Of a DNA stretch of 64,000 nucleotides, positions 40,064 to 50,392 are shown in pieces; the stretch's first letter is position 1; the number at the start of each line of letters is the position of its first letter. Below the pieces are notes generated by a model that did not search any database, was not told the DNA's origin, and saw only the letters and a program-made list of their open reading frames with translations. This DNA is from an uncultured Chloroflexia bacterium. GTDB lineage: Bacteria > Chloroflexota > Limnocylindria > Limnocylindrales > CSP1-4. The position numbers and the translations under genes were made by a program. The stretch is taken from positions 32,001-96,000 of the forward strand of contig CAVYBU010000021.1 of NCBI GenBank assembly GCA_963766735.1, read 5' to 3'.

Positions 40064-42127
40064 ATGGACGGACGGCTGACGGCGATCCTGGGCCAGGTCT
40101 TCGGACCCGCGGACGCCACGCGTGGCCTGCCGATCCTCGACCTGTCGCCGTGGCTCCGCGATGGTGTCGACCCGATCGCGCAGGTGACGGCCGCGTTCCT
40201 CGTGGCTGCCGCAGGCGCCGCCCATCCGGACCACGACCGGGCCCTGGCCGCGCTGACGTCCCCGGCGGCGGAGCCGGCCGCCCACCTCGCCGCCTTCTAC
40301 CGCACCGGCCTCGACCGGATGACGGCCGAGATCGAGCGTGTCACGGCCGAGAACCCGGAGGTTGCCGCACGACTGGGCTCCGCGGCAGTCGATCTCAACG
40401 CCTCGACGGGCGTCGATGACACCCGGGAGGCGATCTGGGCGGCGTTCTTTCCGCAGGCGGTCGGCATCCTCGGCAACGAGGGAGAAGGCATCCGCGAGCT
40501 GCGTTCGACTCGGACCGTCACCGTCACCCGGCTGGCTCCGGATCCGATGGCGGACCCAGCGCGCGACGTCCTGTTCACCTCCAACGTCCTGCTCACGATC
40601 CCGGCCGCGACCACCGACCTTGAGGCCCTCCCGTACCCGCAGCGACTCCGTGACGCGATCACGGCCGCCGCCGACGAGCCGCAGCACTACTGGTACGACC
40701 ACCCCATCCAGCTTGGTGTGGAGCCGGCCGGCAACGAGCTGCTCTACGGGCTGCGCGGGCTTGACGCGGCCGTGGACGCCGAGCCGGGGGCCGCGCGCGT
40801 CACGTGCCTGCTCTCCGTGAGCGTGACGCACGATGGCCTGGGCGCGGTTGCGCGGCCATACATTGAAGCTGAGCTCGAGCGCGCCGGGGGCCTGCGTCAC
40901 CTGGATGTCGTCGTCGTGACGGAAGCCGACGCGCTGCGGCTGGTGGACGAGGTGATCGTCCCGGCCCTGGCTCTCCGGATGGGCGAATCCGCCGCGGTGG
41001 CCGCGGCTCCGGGATTGCGTGCCGTGGTGGGGGTGGATGGCGAGTACGGCCGCCACTACAGCTTCCTGAAGGCCATCGCCGCGGTCTGGCACGTCGCGAT
41101 CGACCCTGCCGTGCGCGCGACGTTCAAGATCGACCTGGACCAGGTCTTCCCGCAGGACGTGCTCGTCGCAGAGACCGGCCGCACTGCGTTCGGACATCTC
41201 GCCACCCCGCTTTGGGGCGCGATCGGCCGCGATGCCGATGGTCGCGATATCGAGCTCGGCATGCTCGCCGGCGCGCTGGTCAACGAACGTGACATCGCGC
41301 GCGGCCTGTTCACTCCGGACGTTGACCTCCCGGGCCGACCACCCAGTCTCGACGAACACGTTGTCTTCAGTGCGCTCCCACAGGCCATCTCCACCCGGGC
41401 CGAGATGATGGAGCGCTACGACGGAGCGGCTGTCGACGGGGTGGGCCGCGCCATCGAGCGGGTCCACGTGACGGGCGGCACGAACGGCATCAGGGTGGAC
41501 GCCCTGCGCCGTCATCGACCGTTCACCCCCACCTTCGTCGGCCGCGCGGAGGACCAGGCGTACGTCCTCTCGGCCCTCGGCCAACCTGGACCGCGGCTGG
41601 CCTACGCCCACGCGGCCGGCCTGGTCATGCGCCATGACAAGGAGGCCTTCGCCGGCGAGGCCATGGCGGCGGCCCACGTCGGCAAGCTTGTCGGCGACGA
41701 CGTCCGGATCGTCGTGTTCTCCGCCTACGCCGACGCGGCAGCCGGAGACGGCCTGGACGGCGCCCTGGATCGCGCCGCGCTGGGTCGGCTGCTGGATCCG
41801 TTCACCGGTGGCTTCGCATCCACCATTCCCCAGTCGCTTGTTCTCCTCCGCGTGGCCCTGCGGACGCTGCGCATGTTCGCGGCCGGCCAGGTGGGGGATG
41901 CGCACGAGTACTGCTCCGTCGCCGCACGCCGCGTCGATGACGCCTTGCGGGTGTTCGGGGACAGCGCAGCGGTCGCCGCTCGCGTCCAGGCGGAACGGAC
42001 CGCGTGGGGTCACTTCCACGACGCGCTCGACGCTCTCGAGGCCGGGATCGAGACAGGGGACGGGCGAGCCCTGGACCTGCGTGCGCGGGCCGTCCGAATC
42101 GTCGAGGAGTGCCGGGTCGTGGCGTGA
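40064..42127 (+). CDS. Large hypothetical protein with GT-A-like motifs
   Basis: Long ORF with coding-like codon use; KIDLDQ, VTGGTNG, RAEDQ, MRHDK. Confidence 0.75.
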   Translation: MDGRLTAILGQVFGPADATRGLPILDLSPWLRDGVDPIAQVTAAFLVAAAGAAHPDHDRALAALTSPAAEPAAHLAAFYRTGLDRMTAEIERVTAENPEVAARLGSAAVDLNASTGVDDTREAIWAAFFPQAVGILGNEGEGIRELRSTRTVTVTRLAPDPMADPARDVLFTSNVLLTIPAATTDLEALPYPQRLRDAITAAADEPQHYWYDHPIQLGVEPAGNELLYGLRGLDAAVDAEPGAARVTCLLSVSVTHDGLGAVARPYIEAELERAGGLRHLDVVVVTEADALRLVDEVIVPALALRMGESAAVAAAPGLRAVVGVDGEYGRHYSFLKAIAAVWHVAIDPAVRATFKIDLDQVFPQDVLVAETGRTAFGHLATPLWGAIGRDADGRDIELGMLAGALVNERDIARGLFTPDVDLPGRPPSLDEHVVFSALPQAISTRAEMMERYDGAAVDGVGRAIERVHVTGGTNGIRVDALRRHRPFTPTFVGRAEDQAYVLSALGQPGPRLAYAHAAGLVMRHDKEAFAGEAMAAAHVGKLVGDDVRIVVFSAYADAAAGDGLDGALDRAALGRLLDPFTGGFASTIPQSLVLLRVALRTLRMFAAGQVGDAHEYCSVAARRVDDALRVFGDSAAVAARVQAERTAWGHFHDALDALEAGIETGDGRALDLRARAVRIVEECRVVA

Positions 42128-42264
42128 AGCCCCCGGGTACATCGCGCGGGAACGGCCGAACACCGGACGGACGGCGAGGCCGATTGGCCGATCGAGGGCT
42201 CCGGGTGTAGGGTCGAATCGAGGCTCGACGCCACGAGCCGATCGCGATTCCGGAGGGCGTCCCC

Positions 42265-43212
42265 ATGCCTGTTGCCGTGACCAAAGAGACCGAGGTGCTG
42301 TCGACACCCAGGTACCAGTCCGTCGAATTCCGGTCCGATGGGGCGACCCTGCGCGGCCGGCTGTACCTCCCCAGGGGAGGTCCATCCGGCGTCGTGGTCA
42401 TGGCGCACGGCTTCTCGGCGACGATCCCGATGACCATGGACAAGTACGCAGAGTTCTTCTGCGAGCGGGGTCTGGCAGCATTGGCCTTCGACCACCGGGG
42501 TCATGGCGTGAGTGACGGCGAACCCCGGGGCGAGATCAACCGCTGGGTGCAGGCGCGCGAGTACATCGACGCGATCGACTTTGTCCGCGCATCCGCCGAG
42601 ATCGGATCAAGGCCGGTTGCCCTCTGGAGTGACAGCCTGAGCGCCCGGGTCGCCCTCGGCGTGGCGGCCCTGGACGATCGGGTCAGGGCCCTGGTCTGCC
42701 AGGTCCCGGCACTCGGGGATGAGCTAGGTTCCGATGACCCGGGTGGCACTCGGCTGGACGCCATGGGCCGGTTCCTGGCTGCTGGCGACCTGCGTCGGCC
42801 ATCGGACGCCTGGACGTCGTCGTCGGTCGTGTCGCCGGACCAGGTCACGAGCCCGTCCGCCCTCGAGCCCCTGACGGCCTTCCGCTGGTTCATCGAGTAC
42901 GGCGGCCGGTACGGATCCGGATGGACGAACCGGGTGACGTTCACGGCTCCGCGCGATGCGCCGGATTTCGACCCGTTCGCCTGTGCTCCCGGCGTGCGGA
43001 TCCCCACCCTGTTCGTGATGTCGCCGGACGACGAGATGCCGGGCGCCGTGAGCGAGGTCACCAGGGCGGTCTTCGAGCGCCTCGCCGGCCCGAAGGAGCT
43101 CGTCGAGGTGGACGGGGGCCACTTCGGCATCATCGAGCACCCCAGCGTCGCGTTCGATCGGGCCAGCGAGGTCCAGGCGGCGTTCCTGGCTCGAATCCTG
43201 ACGACCGACTGA
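42265..43212 (+). CDS. Alpha/beta hydrolase
   Basis: VMAHGFS, FDHRGHGVSDGEP, WSDSLSA, GGHF. Confidence 0.85.
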   Translation: MPVAVTKETEVLSTPRYQSVEFRSDGATLRGRLYLPRGGPSGVVVMAHGFSATIPMTMDKYAEFFCERGLAALAFDHRGHGVSDGEPRGEINRWVQAREYIDAIDFVRASAEIGSRPVALWSDSLSARVALGVAALDDRVRALVCQVPALGDELGSDDPGGTRLDAMGRFLAAGDLRRPSDAWTSSSVVSPDQVTSPSALEPLTAFRWFIEYGGRYGSGWTNRVTFTAPRDAPDFDPFACAPGVRIPTLFVMSPDDEMPGAVSEVTRAVFERLAGPKELVEVDGGHFGIIEHPSVAFDRASEVQAAFLARILTTD

Positions 43213-43379
43213 GAGAGTCCCGCGGGGGACGCGTCGGCTTGCGTGTCGGATTGACCCTCCGACGCCTGCAGGCGCAGCGCCCCGTTGCGGCCGTCCGCAC
43301 CCGGTCGATTGGTCCGTTCGGCCGTACGACCGAACGCGCTCGCCTGCTTCACTGGTGCCCTGCAGAGGGAGGAGCTGCC

Positions 43380-43667
43380 ATGGCGCAGATCCACGTGCCC
43401 GCCGCGACTGCCGGGCCGCCCACCATTCCGCGGGACGACCTCCAGCGGGCGGCCGACCGCGAGCACCAGAACGCCTACCTGGGCGCCAGCATCGGCGTCG
43501 GGCAGGTGATCGTGGGCGTCCTCCTGGTGGTGCTGGGGTTGACGGGCGCCGAGGAGTTCGTGGCCGGCTCGGCCCGGATCGTCACGGTGCCGGCGGGGGC
43601 CCTGTTCGCGGCCGCAGGGGCGATCGTGGTCTGGATCACCCGGCCCACCATCGACTATGAGCGGTAG
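43380..43667 (+). CDS. Small 2-TM membrane protein
   Basis: GGAGGAG RBS, 95 aa, two hydrophobic segments. Confidence 0.65.
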   Translation: MAQIHVPAATAGPPTIPRDDLQRAADREHQNAYLGASIGVGQVIVGVLLVVLGLTGAEEFVAGSARIVTVPAGALFAAAGAIVVWITRPTIDYER

Positions 43668-43717
43668 GCCAGGACCAGCGAAACGGCCGCCTGGCGCCGC
43701 CATGGGAGCGGCAGGCA

Positions 43718-44206
43718 ATGTCCCGCGCTGAAGCACCCGACCCGCACGCGTCACTCGGCCCGGACGGCCTCCGGGCAGCGACCACGATCTGGCTCGTGGT
43801 CAACGCGGTCAACGTCCTGCAGTCGGTCGGTTTCGCGACGCGGCCGTTCGCCCCGTGGGTGAACCCAGTGCTCGGGCTCGTCATCGCCGCCCTGGCGATC
43901 CCGGCGACGTGGGCCCTGCTGGTCTTCATCCGCATCGGAGCGGGCTGGCGGTTCACGGCCGGGCCACTCGTGTTCGATGCCTTCGTGATCCTCCTGCTCC
44001 TCGTGGAGCGCGTGTTCCGCATCGCGTGGCGCGACCCGGCCATTCCCGCGATCCAGATCCCATACCTCGTGCTCTTCTTCGGCTCGATCTTTCTCATGGG
44101 CGTTCCGATGTACCGGATCGACCGGCGGAAGTGGCTGGTGACGGCCGCAACGACGGTCCTGCTGCTGGCGGCGATGGTCTACGCGACGGTGATGGGGGTG
44201 GGCTGA
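43718..44206 (+). CDS. Membrane protein (about 5 TM)
   Basis: 162 aa hydrophobic ORF. Confidence 0.72.
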   Translation: MSRAEAPDPHASLGPDGLRAATTIWLVVNAVNVLQSVGFATRPFAPWVNPVLGLVIAALAIPATWALLVFIRIGAGWRFTAGPLVFDAFVILLLLVERVFRIAWRDPAIPAIQIPYLVLFFGSIFLMGVPMYRIDRRKWLVTAATTVLLLAAMVYATVMGVG

Positions 44207-44379
44207 GCCGGATCACGGCCGCGCATGATCGCGTGGCGGCGCGGGAATCATCCGACAGGGATGTGCCGTTGGGCCCGACGGCCCTTCCCGTTCGCTCACG
44301 GCGTGCGGGAGACTGCCGTCGGAGAAGGCAGCCAGTCGGCGGTCGCCGTTTCCGGTTGCCCGCCGCAGATGGGAGGTGC

Positions 44380-45321
44380 GTGGTGGCCGTCAACGGACTC
44401 GCCATCCGGTTCGACGGGCTGACACGGGAGTTCGGGACCGCCAGGGCGGTCGACGGGCTCACGCTCGAGGTTCCGCGCGGCATCATCTTCGGGTTCCTCG
44501 GACCCAACGGCGCAGGCAAGACCACGACGATCAACCTGCTGCTCGGCCTCCTCGAGCCCACAGCCGGCAGGGCGGAGGTCCTCGGGTTCGATCCATGGCA
44601 GGACGGCGATGCCGTGAGATCGCGAACCGGCGCGGTCCTGGAGCAGACCGGGGTCTACGACCAGCTGACGGCCGAGGACAACCTGGAGTTCTACGCGCGG
44701 ACCTGGCGCATGCCGGCCGCCGAGCGCGGGGAGCGCATCCGGGAGCTCCTCACCGGAGCGGCGCTCTGGGAGCGCCGCAGAGACCGGGCCGGCACCTGGA
44801 GCCGGGGCATGAAGCAGCGGCTCGCGCTGGCGCGGGCGCTCCTGCATCGTCCCGAGCTCGTCCTGCTCGATGAGCCGACGGCCGGGCTGGACGTGATGGC
44901 CGCAACCGACGTCCGGGCGGACCTGGCCGCCCTGGCCGGCAACGATGGCACGACCATCTTCCTGACGACGCACAACATGGCCGAGGCCGAGCGCCTGTGC
45001 GCCCTGGTGGCCGTGATCCGTGGAGGCCGCCTGGTGGCCGTCGGCAGTCCGGCAGACCTGCGCTCGAGCGCCGGCACGCCGAGGGTCGAGATTGTCGGCC
45101 GGGGCTTTGATGAGGCCGTGCTGGAGGAGCTCCGGGCGTGCCCGGAGGTGGTTGCGGTCACGCGCACCGACGGGCACCTGACGCTCGAGGTCGCTGAGGC
45201 AGTCGAGCCGGGTCCGATCGTCAGCCTCCTGGTCCGGCGCGGCGCCGAGATCGACGAGGTCCGGCGGGAGCAGGCCAGCCTCGAGGAGATCTTCGTCACG
45301 CTGATGGAGGAGGAGCGATGA
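44380..45321 (+). CDS. ABC exporter ATP-binding protein
   Basis: GPNGAGKTT, WSRGMKQR, LLDEP. Confidence 0.93.
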   Translation: MVAVNGLAIRFDGLTREFGTARAVDGLTLEVPRGIIFGFLGPNGAGKTTTINLLLGLLEPTAGRAEVLGFDPWQDGDAVRSRTGAVLEQTGVYDQLTAEDNLEFYARTWRMPAAERGERIRELLTGAALWERRRDRAGTWSRGMKQRLALARALLHRPELVLLDEPTAGLDVMAATDVRADLAALAGNDGTTIFLTTHNMAEAERLCALVAVIRGGRLVAVGSPADLRSSAGTPRVEIVGRGFDEAVLEELRACPEVVAVTRTDGHLTLEVAEAVEPGPIVSLLVRRGAEIDEVRREQASLEEIFVTLMEEER

Positions 45322-46067
45322 CCGCGGACCTCCGCACGATGTTCTGGAAGGAGTGGCGCTCGCTCGTCGGCGGGCGTGCCAGGCGGCAGCTGCTGCTCAC
45401 GGGTGGCATCCTCGCCATCTGGGCGATCTGGTTCCCGATCCAGATGGGCGGTCGGGACTTCGTCTCCGACCCCGTGATGATGGGGATCCTCTCCATCACC
45501 CTCCCGATGGTCGTGGCCGGGATCGTGATCCCGGACGCGTTCGCCGGCGAGCGGGAGCGCCACACACTGGACACGCTGCTGACCAGCCGGCTCGCCGACC
45601 GGGCGATCCTGTACGGCAAGCTCGGGTTCGGCGTGGCGCTCGGGTGGCTGGCGGCCCCGTTCATGATGGCCGTCGGGCTGGTGGTCGCGAACCTGGTCGC
45701 GCTCGACGAGGCCCCCCTGCTCTACGACCCGCTCGTGCTGCTTGCCGTCCTCATGCTGGGACTCCTGGTCGCGGCCCTGACCGGGGCCATCGGGGTGTTC
45801 GTCTCGCTGCGGGCGTCCACCGCCCAGGAGGCGCAGCAGCTCACGCTGCTGGGGCTCATGACGCCACTCATGCTGGCCAGCTTCGGCGCCATGGCCGTGC
45901 TGTCGAACCGGGAGCTGGCCGGCGGCGTCATCGACTTCCTCGGGAGCCCGGACGTCTGGCTGCTCGTCGCGGCGATCGTGGTCGTGCTGCTGGTCGTCGA
46001 TCTGATGCTGATCGCCGCCGCGGATCGTCGGTTCCGGCGCGGCACGCTGATCGCGCGGAGTCGGTAG
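45318..46067 (+). CDS. ABC-2 type permease
   Basis: FAGERERHTLDTLL, about 6 TM helices, ATGA overlap. Confidence 0.9.
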   Translation: MTADLRTMFWKEWRSLVGGRARRQLLLTGGILAIWAIWFPIQMGGRDFVSDPVMMGILSITLPMVVAGIVIPDAFAGERERHTLDTLLTSRLADRAILYGKLGFGVALGWLAAPFMMAVGLVVANLVALDEAPLLYDPLVLLAVLMLGLLVAALTGAIGVFVSLRASTAQEAQQLTLLGLMTPLMLASFGAMAVLSNRELAGGVIDFLGSPDVWLLVAAIVVVLLVVDLMLIAAADRRFRRGTLIARSR

Positions 46068-46215
46068 CCGGTCCCCGTCACCGTCCAATGAGCCGTCGAC
46101 AATCCGAACCTGGGGCACGCCTGCGGCATCAGATTCACAGAAGGCAGTGCGGGGCACAGCCCGCGGTCGGTCCACGGGGGGGGTCGACCGGGAGCAGGAA
46201 GAGGTATTCGGCGAG

Positions 46216-46878
46216 ATGCTTCGACGAGGTGGGACGTCAGCGGGGGGATCCCCGGTGGCGAGCACCCTCGGGTCGGTCGCCGGTCCTGCCGCCGCGACGG
46301 CGCCAGATCCCCTCGTCCTGGCACGCAGGTCGGCCCTCATCGCCCACGTCGAGCAGGCCCGCGCCGGCGACCGTCTCGCCTTCGAGGTGCTTGTCGAGCA
46401 ACGACTCCACCAGACCTTCCGGACGGCCTGCGCCATCCTGGGCAACGAGGCCGATGGTCAGGACGCGACCCAGGAGTCCTTCGTCCAGGCGTGGCGCAAC
46501 CTGCCGCGGCTGCGGGATCCCGCCAGCTTCGATGCCTGGTTCGGCCGGATCATCGTGAATGCCTGCCGCCAGGTCCTGCGCAGCAGACGCCGCCGCTCGC
46601 TGCGGGAGATCACGACCACCGATCTGTTCGATCCGCTCCAGGGCGTGGAGACGAGGGATCCCGCGCCCGATGAGCAGGCGGCCTCGAGCGATGCGCTCGA
46701 GCGGGCCTTCGAGCGGCTGTCGATCGACCAGCGGTCGATCCTTGTCCGCCACCACCTGGAGCACCAGGCTCTGACCGAGATCGCCTCCGACCTGGGCATC
46801 CCGACCGGCACGGCAAAGTCACGCCTCCATGCGGCACGTCAGGCGCTCGAGCGAGCGCTGGAGGTCGAGCTGCGATGA
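46216..46878 (+). CDS. ECF RNA polymerase sigma factor
   Basis: DATQESFVQAW, FDAWFGRIIVN, EIASDLGIPTGTAKSRLH; start codon uncertain. Confidence 0.92.
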   Translation: MLRRGGTSAGGSPVASTLGSVAGPAAATAPDPLVLARRSALIAHVEQARAGDRLAFEVLVEQRLHQTFRTACAILGNEADGQDATQESFVQAWRNLPRLRDPASFDAWFGRIIVNACRQVLRSRRRRSLREITTTDLFDPLQGVETRDPAPDEQAASSDALERAFERLSIDQRSILVRHHLEHQALTEIASDLGIPTGTAKSRLHAARQALERALEVELR

Positions 46879-49068
46879 ACAGCCAGCACATCCTGACCGA
46901 CGCGATGCTCGAGACCATGCTCGTTCGTCGCGCCAACCACCCTGTCCCGACCGGCCTTGCCGAGACGATCATCCGGACCGCGGCCGAGACCCCCCGGGTG
47001 GGGCGGCCCTGGTGGACGCTGCTGCTGCCGCCCGCGCGCCAGGCTCCGGCGCTGCGCCTGGTCTGGATCGTGGCCCTCGTCGGCCTGCTCCTCGCGGCCA
47101 CCGTGTCGGCTGCCTTCGTCGGTTCCCAGCTCCTCCGCGGCGTCAACGAGCTCGCCGTCCTGCCAGCGCCGACCGCCGAGGCGACCGCGACCGCGGCGCC
47201 GTCGCCTCCCTCGGACACCCTTGCCCGGCAGCCAGCCGGACTCCAGCCGACCGGCGTGATCGCGCCGTCCGGGCAAGGGGCCTCGCTTCCGAGCACATCG
47301 GCTCTCGCGGTCGGGTCCGACGGCAGCGCCTGGGTGCTCTTCTCGAGCGGGTTGCTGCGGGTCGACCCGGATGGTTCGGTTCGCGAGTGGTCGCTCGCCG
47401 ACGACGCAGCGTTTGCGGCTGCCCAGGGACTTGCGCCATCGCAATTCGGCGGGGTCTGGATGTTCGACGCCACGACGCTCCGCCACTTTGACGGCGAGAC
47501 CTTCACCGATGTCGTGACCCTCCCGGAGGACTCGGGCCCCGGCTTCGTGACGGATGCCACGGAAGGGCCGGACGGCCAGCTGTGGGTGACCTCGGGAGCG
47601 GGTGTCTTCCACTGGGACGGCGCCTCGTGGGCGAACCTGCCCTGGACCTTCGATGCCCTCCCCGGCGAGATCGATTTCGACGCGCGGGGCCGGCTGTGGG
47701 TCGATTTGCTGCAAGTACGCGGGCGACCCTGGGTTCGGCGTGGCGATGCACGACGATCACGGCTGGAGCGGTCCGCAGGGTGCGAGCCTGGTCCGCTCGA
47801 TGGTCCGCTCGATGGCCTCGTCCGCGGACGGATCCACGTGGTTCGGAACCGAGAGCGGGCTGGCCCGGTTCGATGGCAGCGCCTGGAGCGGGGAGCTCCC
47901 CTTCGGGTCGCCCCGCAGTCCGATCTCCTCCGTCTCCATCGGCCCCGACGGATCCGTCTGGGTCGTGATGTCCGTGGGCGCGGGAGTGGCCCGGATCGCC
48001 GTGCTCAGGGGTGCGATATGGCAGGAGCTGGACATCCCGTCCGATCTCCAGGCCTTCGGTGGCTGGGCGCTCGTGGGCGCTGCCGGCGACAGTGCCGTCT
48101 TCGCCTCGGACGGTGGCCTTCTCCGCTTTACCGGCGAGGATTGGACCCGCATCTGGCCCGAGGCCTCACCGGCCGACCCCGGTTGGGTCCTGACACTCGC
48201 TGCCGTCTCGGCCGAGGATGTGCTGGCGGGCAGCGGCTACGGCGGTCCCGGTGGGATCTGGAGGCTTCGTGCCGGGGCCTGGGAGCGCGATGCTTCCCCA
48301 GGCTCACCGGACTCGCCGGTCCGATCGCTGGCGTTCGGGCCGGACGGGGCCCTATGGGCCGCAGGAGAGACTTGGGTCAAGACCTTCCGTGACGGGGCAT
48401 GGACGAGCGTGCCCAACGCCGCCGAGTCGTCTGTTGCCTACCAGATCGTCCCGGTGGCTGACGGCACCGTGTGGGTGGCGGCCGGGTTCGGCGGTGTCGT
48501 CGCCCTGAGGCCCGACGGATCGACATGGCGCCCCGACAGCCTCGACCGGGCTCCGCTGGGCTTCGTTGCCTCGATCGCGGTCGGTCCCGACGGAACGATC
48601 TGGGCGGGATCGAACGTCCAGTGGTGCACCGAGGGCCTCGACGGGCAGACTGACTGCGATGTCACCGGCCTGGCGCGGTTCGACGGTCAGACATGGACCC
48701 TCGAGGACCCCCTCGGCGCACTGCCGCGCGGTGGCGCGGAGCTGCGGGTCAACGACCTGCTCGTGGCATCGGACGGCTCCCTCTGGGTCGCCGGCGAGGA
48801 GTGGGGTGGGTCCGCCAGGTCCTTCGTCTCGAGGTTCGCTGACGGCGCCTGGACCGTCCTGCTCGACACGGCCTCGCAGGTGATGGCCCTCGCCGAGCAT
48901 CCTGACGGCTCCATCCTCGCTGCCGGGCGCGGCGTCTGGACGTTCGGGGCCGGCGAGTGGACCCAGGAGCTCGGGGACGTGACCCTCGAGCAGCTGTCTG
49001 TCGCGCCCGACGGGTCGGTCTGGGTCTCGGGCGAGAACCCAGGGGGTGTGGTGTATCGCATCCCCTAG
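46875..49068 (+). CDS. Putative anti-sigma factor: single TM plus extracytoplasmic beta-propeller repeats (frameshift near 47706)
   Basis: ATGA-coupled to the sigma gene; repeated PDG-x-W and RFDG-x-W units. Confidence 0.8.
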
Positions 49069-50390
49069 GCCCGCAGCGGCGGGCGCACTGCCCCCGCTGC
49101 GCCCGAGTAGGGCTGGCCCTTCTGCAGCTTCCGGACGCCGTATCCCGCGGCCAGGCGCTTCCAGCCGAACGTTCCCATCAGCCGGTATACCCAGTGCGGG
49201 ATGAGCGGCCGGCCCATCAGGTCCGGTGCCGCATCCGGGATCGCCCGCCCTCGCGCAAGAGCTTCCGCGGCGAGCTCCAGGGACCTGCGAATGCGGGCGG
49301 TCCTGCCGCCGACCAGCGGTGCGCCACCCACCGCCGCGCCGCCGCCCAGGGCCAGGGAGCCCGCCCACTCGAACCCCGCCTCCCGCGCGAAGGTGCGGCA
49401 GATCGCCAGCGCGGTGGCCGTCTGCGCGGTCTCGGGGAAGCCGCAGTTCGCGATGGCCGTGAACAGCTGCGCGCGATGCGTCTGTCCTCGGCGATCGGCG
49501 GCGATCCGCTCGAGGGCCTCGATCGCGGGGGCCGGCAGCGAGTCCACGTACAGCGGGAACGCCAGCGTCACGAGGTCCGCGGCAGCGACGGCATCCAGCA
49601 GCTCCCGCGTCTTCTTCGGGGAGCGGACGACGGTGTGCAGGTAGACGGTCTCGATCTCGACGCCCCGCGCCGCCAGCTGGTCGTACATGTAGCCCCCGAG
49701 CGAGTTCGAGGTGCTGTTGCGCGTCCTGGGGCTGCCCACCAGCAGCAGGGCCCGCCTGATCTCGACGGTGCCGCTGACAGCCACATTCTCGGCCGGGAGC
49801 TCGGCATGCTCCGGCGCGCTGCCCCGCTCGAGATTGTCGAGCCATGCGTTCGCGGACTCGGTGAGCCGCTCGTCGGACGAGCTGGCCGGCACGACCTCTG
49901 CCGCGAACCGGCGCGCGTGGAAGTTGATGGCATTGCGCCTCGCGAGATGGCGGAAGATGGCCTGCGCATGAGCGTCCGGCGTGTCCGCCCAGCCCACGAC
50001 CAGGAGATCGGGATTGGTGTCGTAGCGCGGCTGGTGATGGGTCTCGCCGTCGACCGTGGCGAAGAACGGCAGGACGTTCTGGATCTGGCGGTCCACCATG
50101 CGCTTGAGGGTGGAGGAGTAGCCGCCGAACGTCACCGGCGTGAGGTAGATCGCGAGGTCGCTGGTCGCCAGCTGGGCCGCGACGTCGCGGTTGTCGTCAT
50201 CGACGTTGCACACGCCCGGGGTCCGAACCCAGCAGTAGAAGTCGCCGGCGCAGGCGCCGATCTTCCGCTCGGCCAGGAGGACCGGCTCGACCTCCCAGCC
50301 CCGCTCCCGCAATCGGGTCTCCAGTGCAGCGCGGATGCGGGCCCCGGTCTCATCGGCGATCGGGGAGCCGTCAAGGATCACGGCCTTCAT
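49065..50390 (-). CDS. Tandem flavodoxin-fold protein (iron-sulfur flavoprotein / FMN reductase-like)
   Basis: KAVILDGSP...CAGDFYCW..TPGVC; second domain LLVGSPR...FPLYVDSLP. Confidence 0.85.
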   Translation of the reverse strand: MKAVILDGSPIADETGARIRAALETRLRERGWEVEPVLLAERKIGACAGDFYCWVRTPGVCNVDDDNRDVAAQLATSDLAIYLTPVTFGGYSSTLKRMVDRQIQNVLPFFATVDGETHHQPRYDTNPDLLVVGWADTPDAHAQAIFRHLARRNAINFHARRFAAEVVPASSSDERLTESANAWLDNLERGSAPEHAELPAENVAVSGTVEIRRALLLVGSPRTRNSTSNSLGGYMYDQLAARGVEIETVYLHTVVRSPKKTRELLDAVAAADLVTLAFPLYVDSLPAPAIEALERIAADRRGQTHRAQLFTAIANCGFPETAQTATALAICRTFAREAGFEWAGSLALGGGAAVGGAPLVGGRTARIRRSLELAAEALARGRAIPDAAPDLMGRPLIPHWVYRLMGTFGWKRLAAGYGVRKLQKGQPYSGAAGAVRPPLRA

Positions 50391-50392
50391 GA

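Noticed and set aside
39278-42385. 1035-aa minus-strand ORF, and similar long antisense ORFs such as 59692-62706 and 55469-57604
   Set aside because: Shadow ORFs opposite real genes in high-GC DNA; Arg/Gly/Pro-rich and without motifs.
47789-47815. 12-bp in-frame tandem duplication (VRSM x2), and PVDP/PVEP repeats near 10780-10825
   Set aside because: Ordinary slippage repeats in coding linkers.
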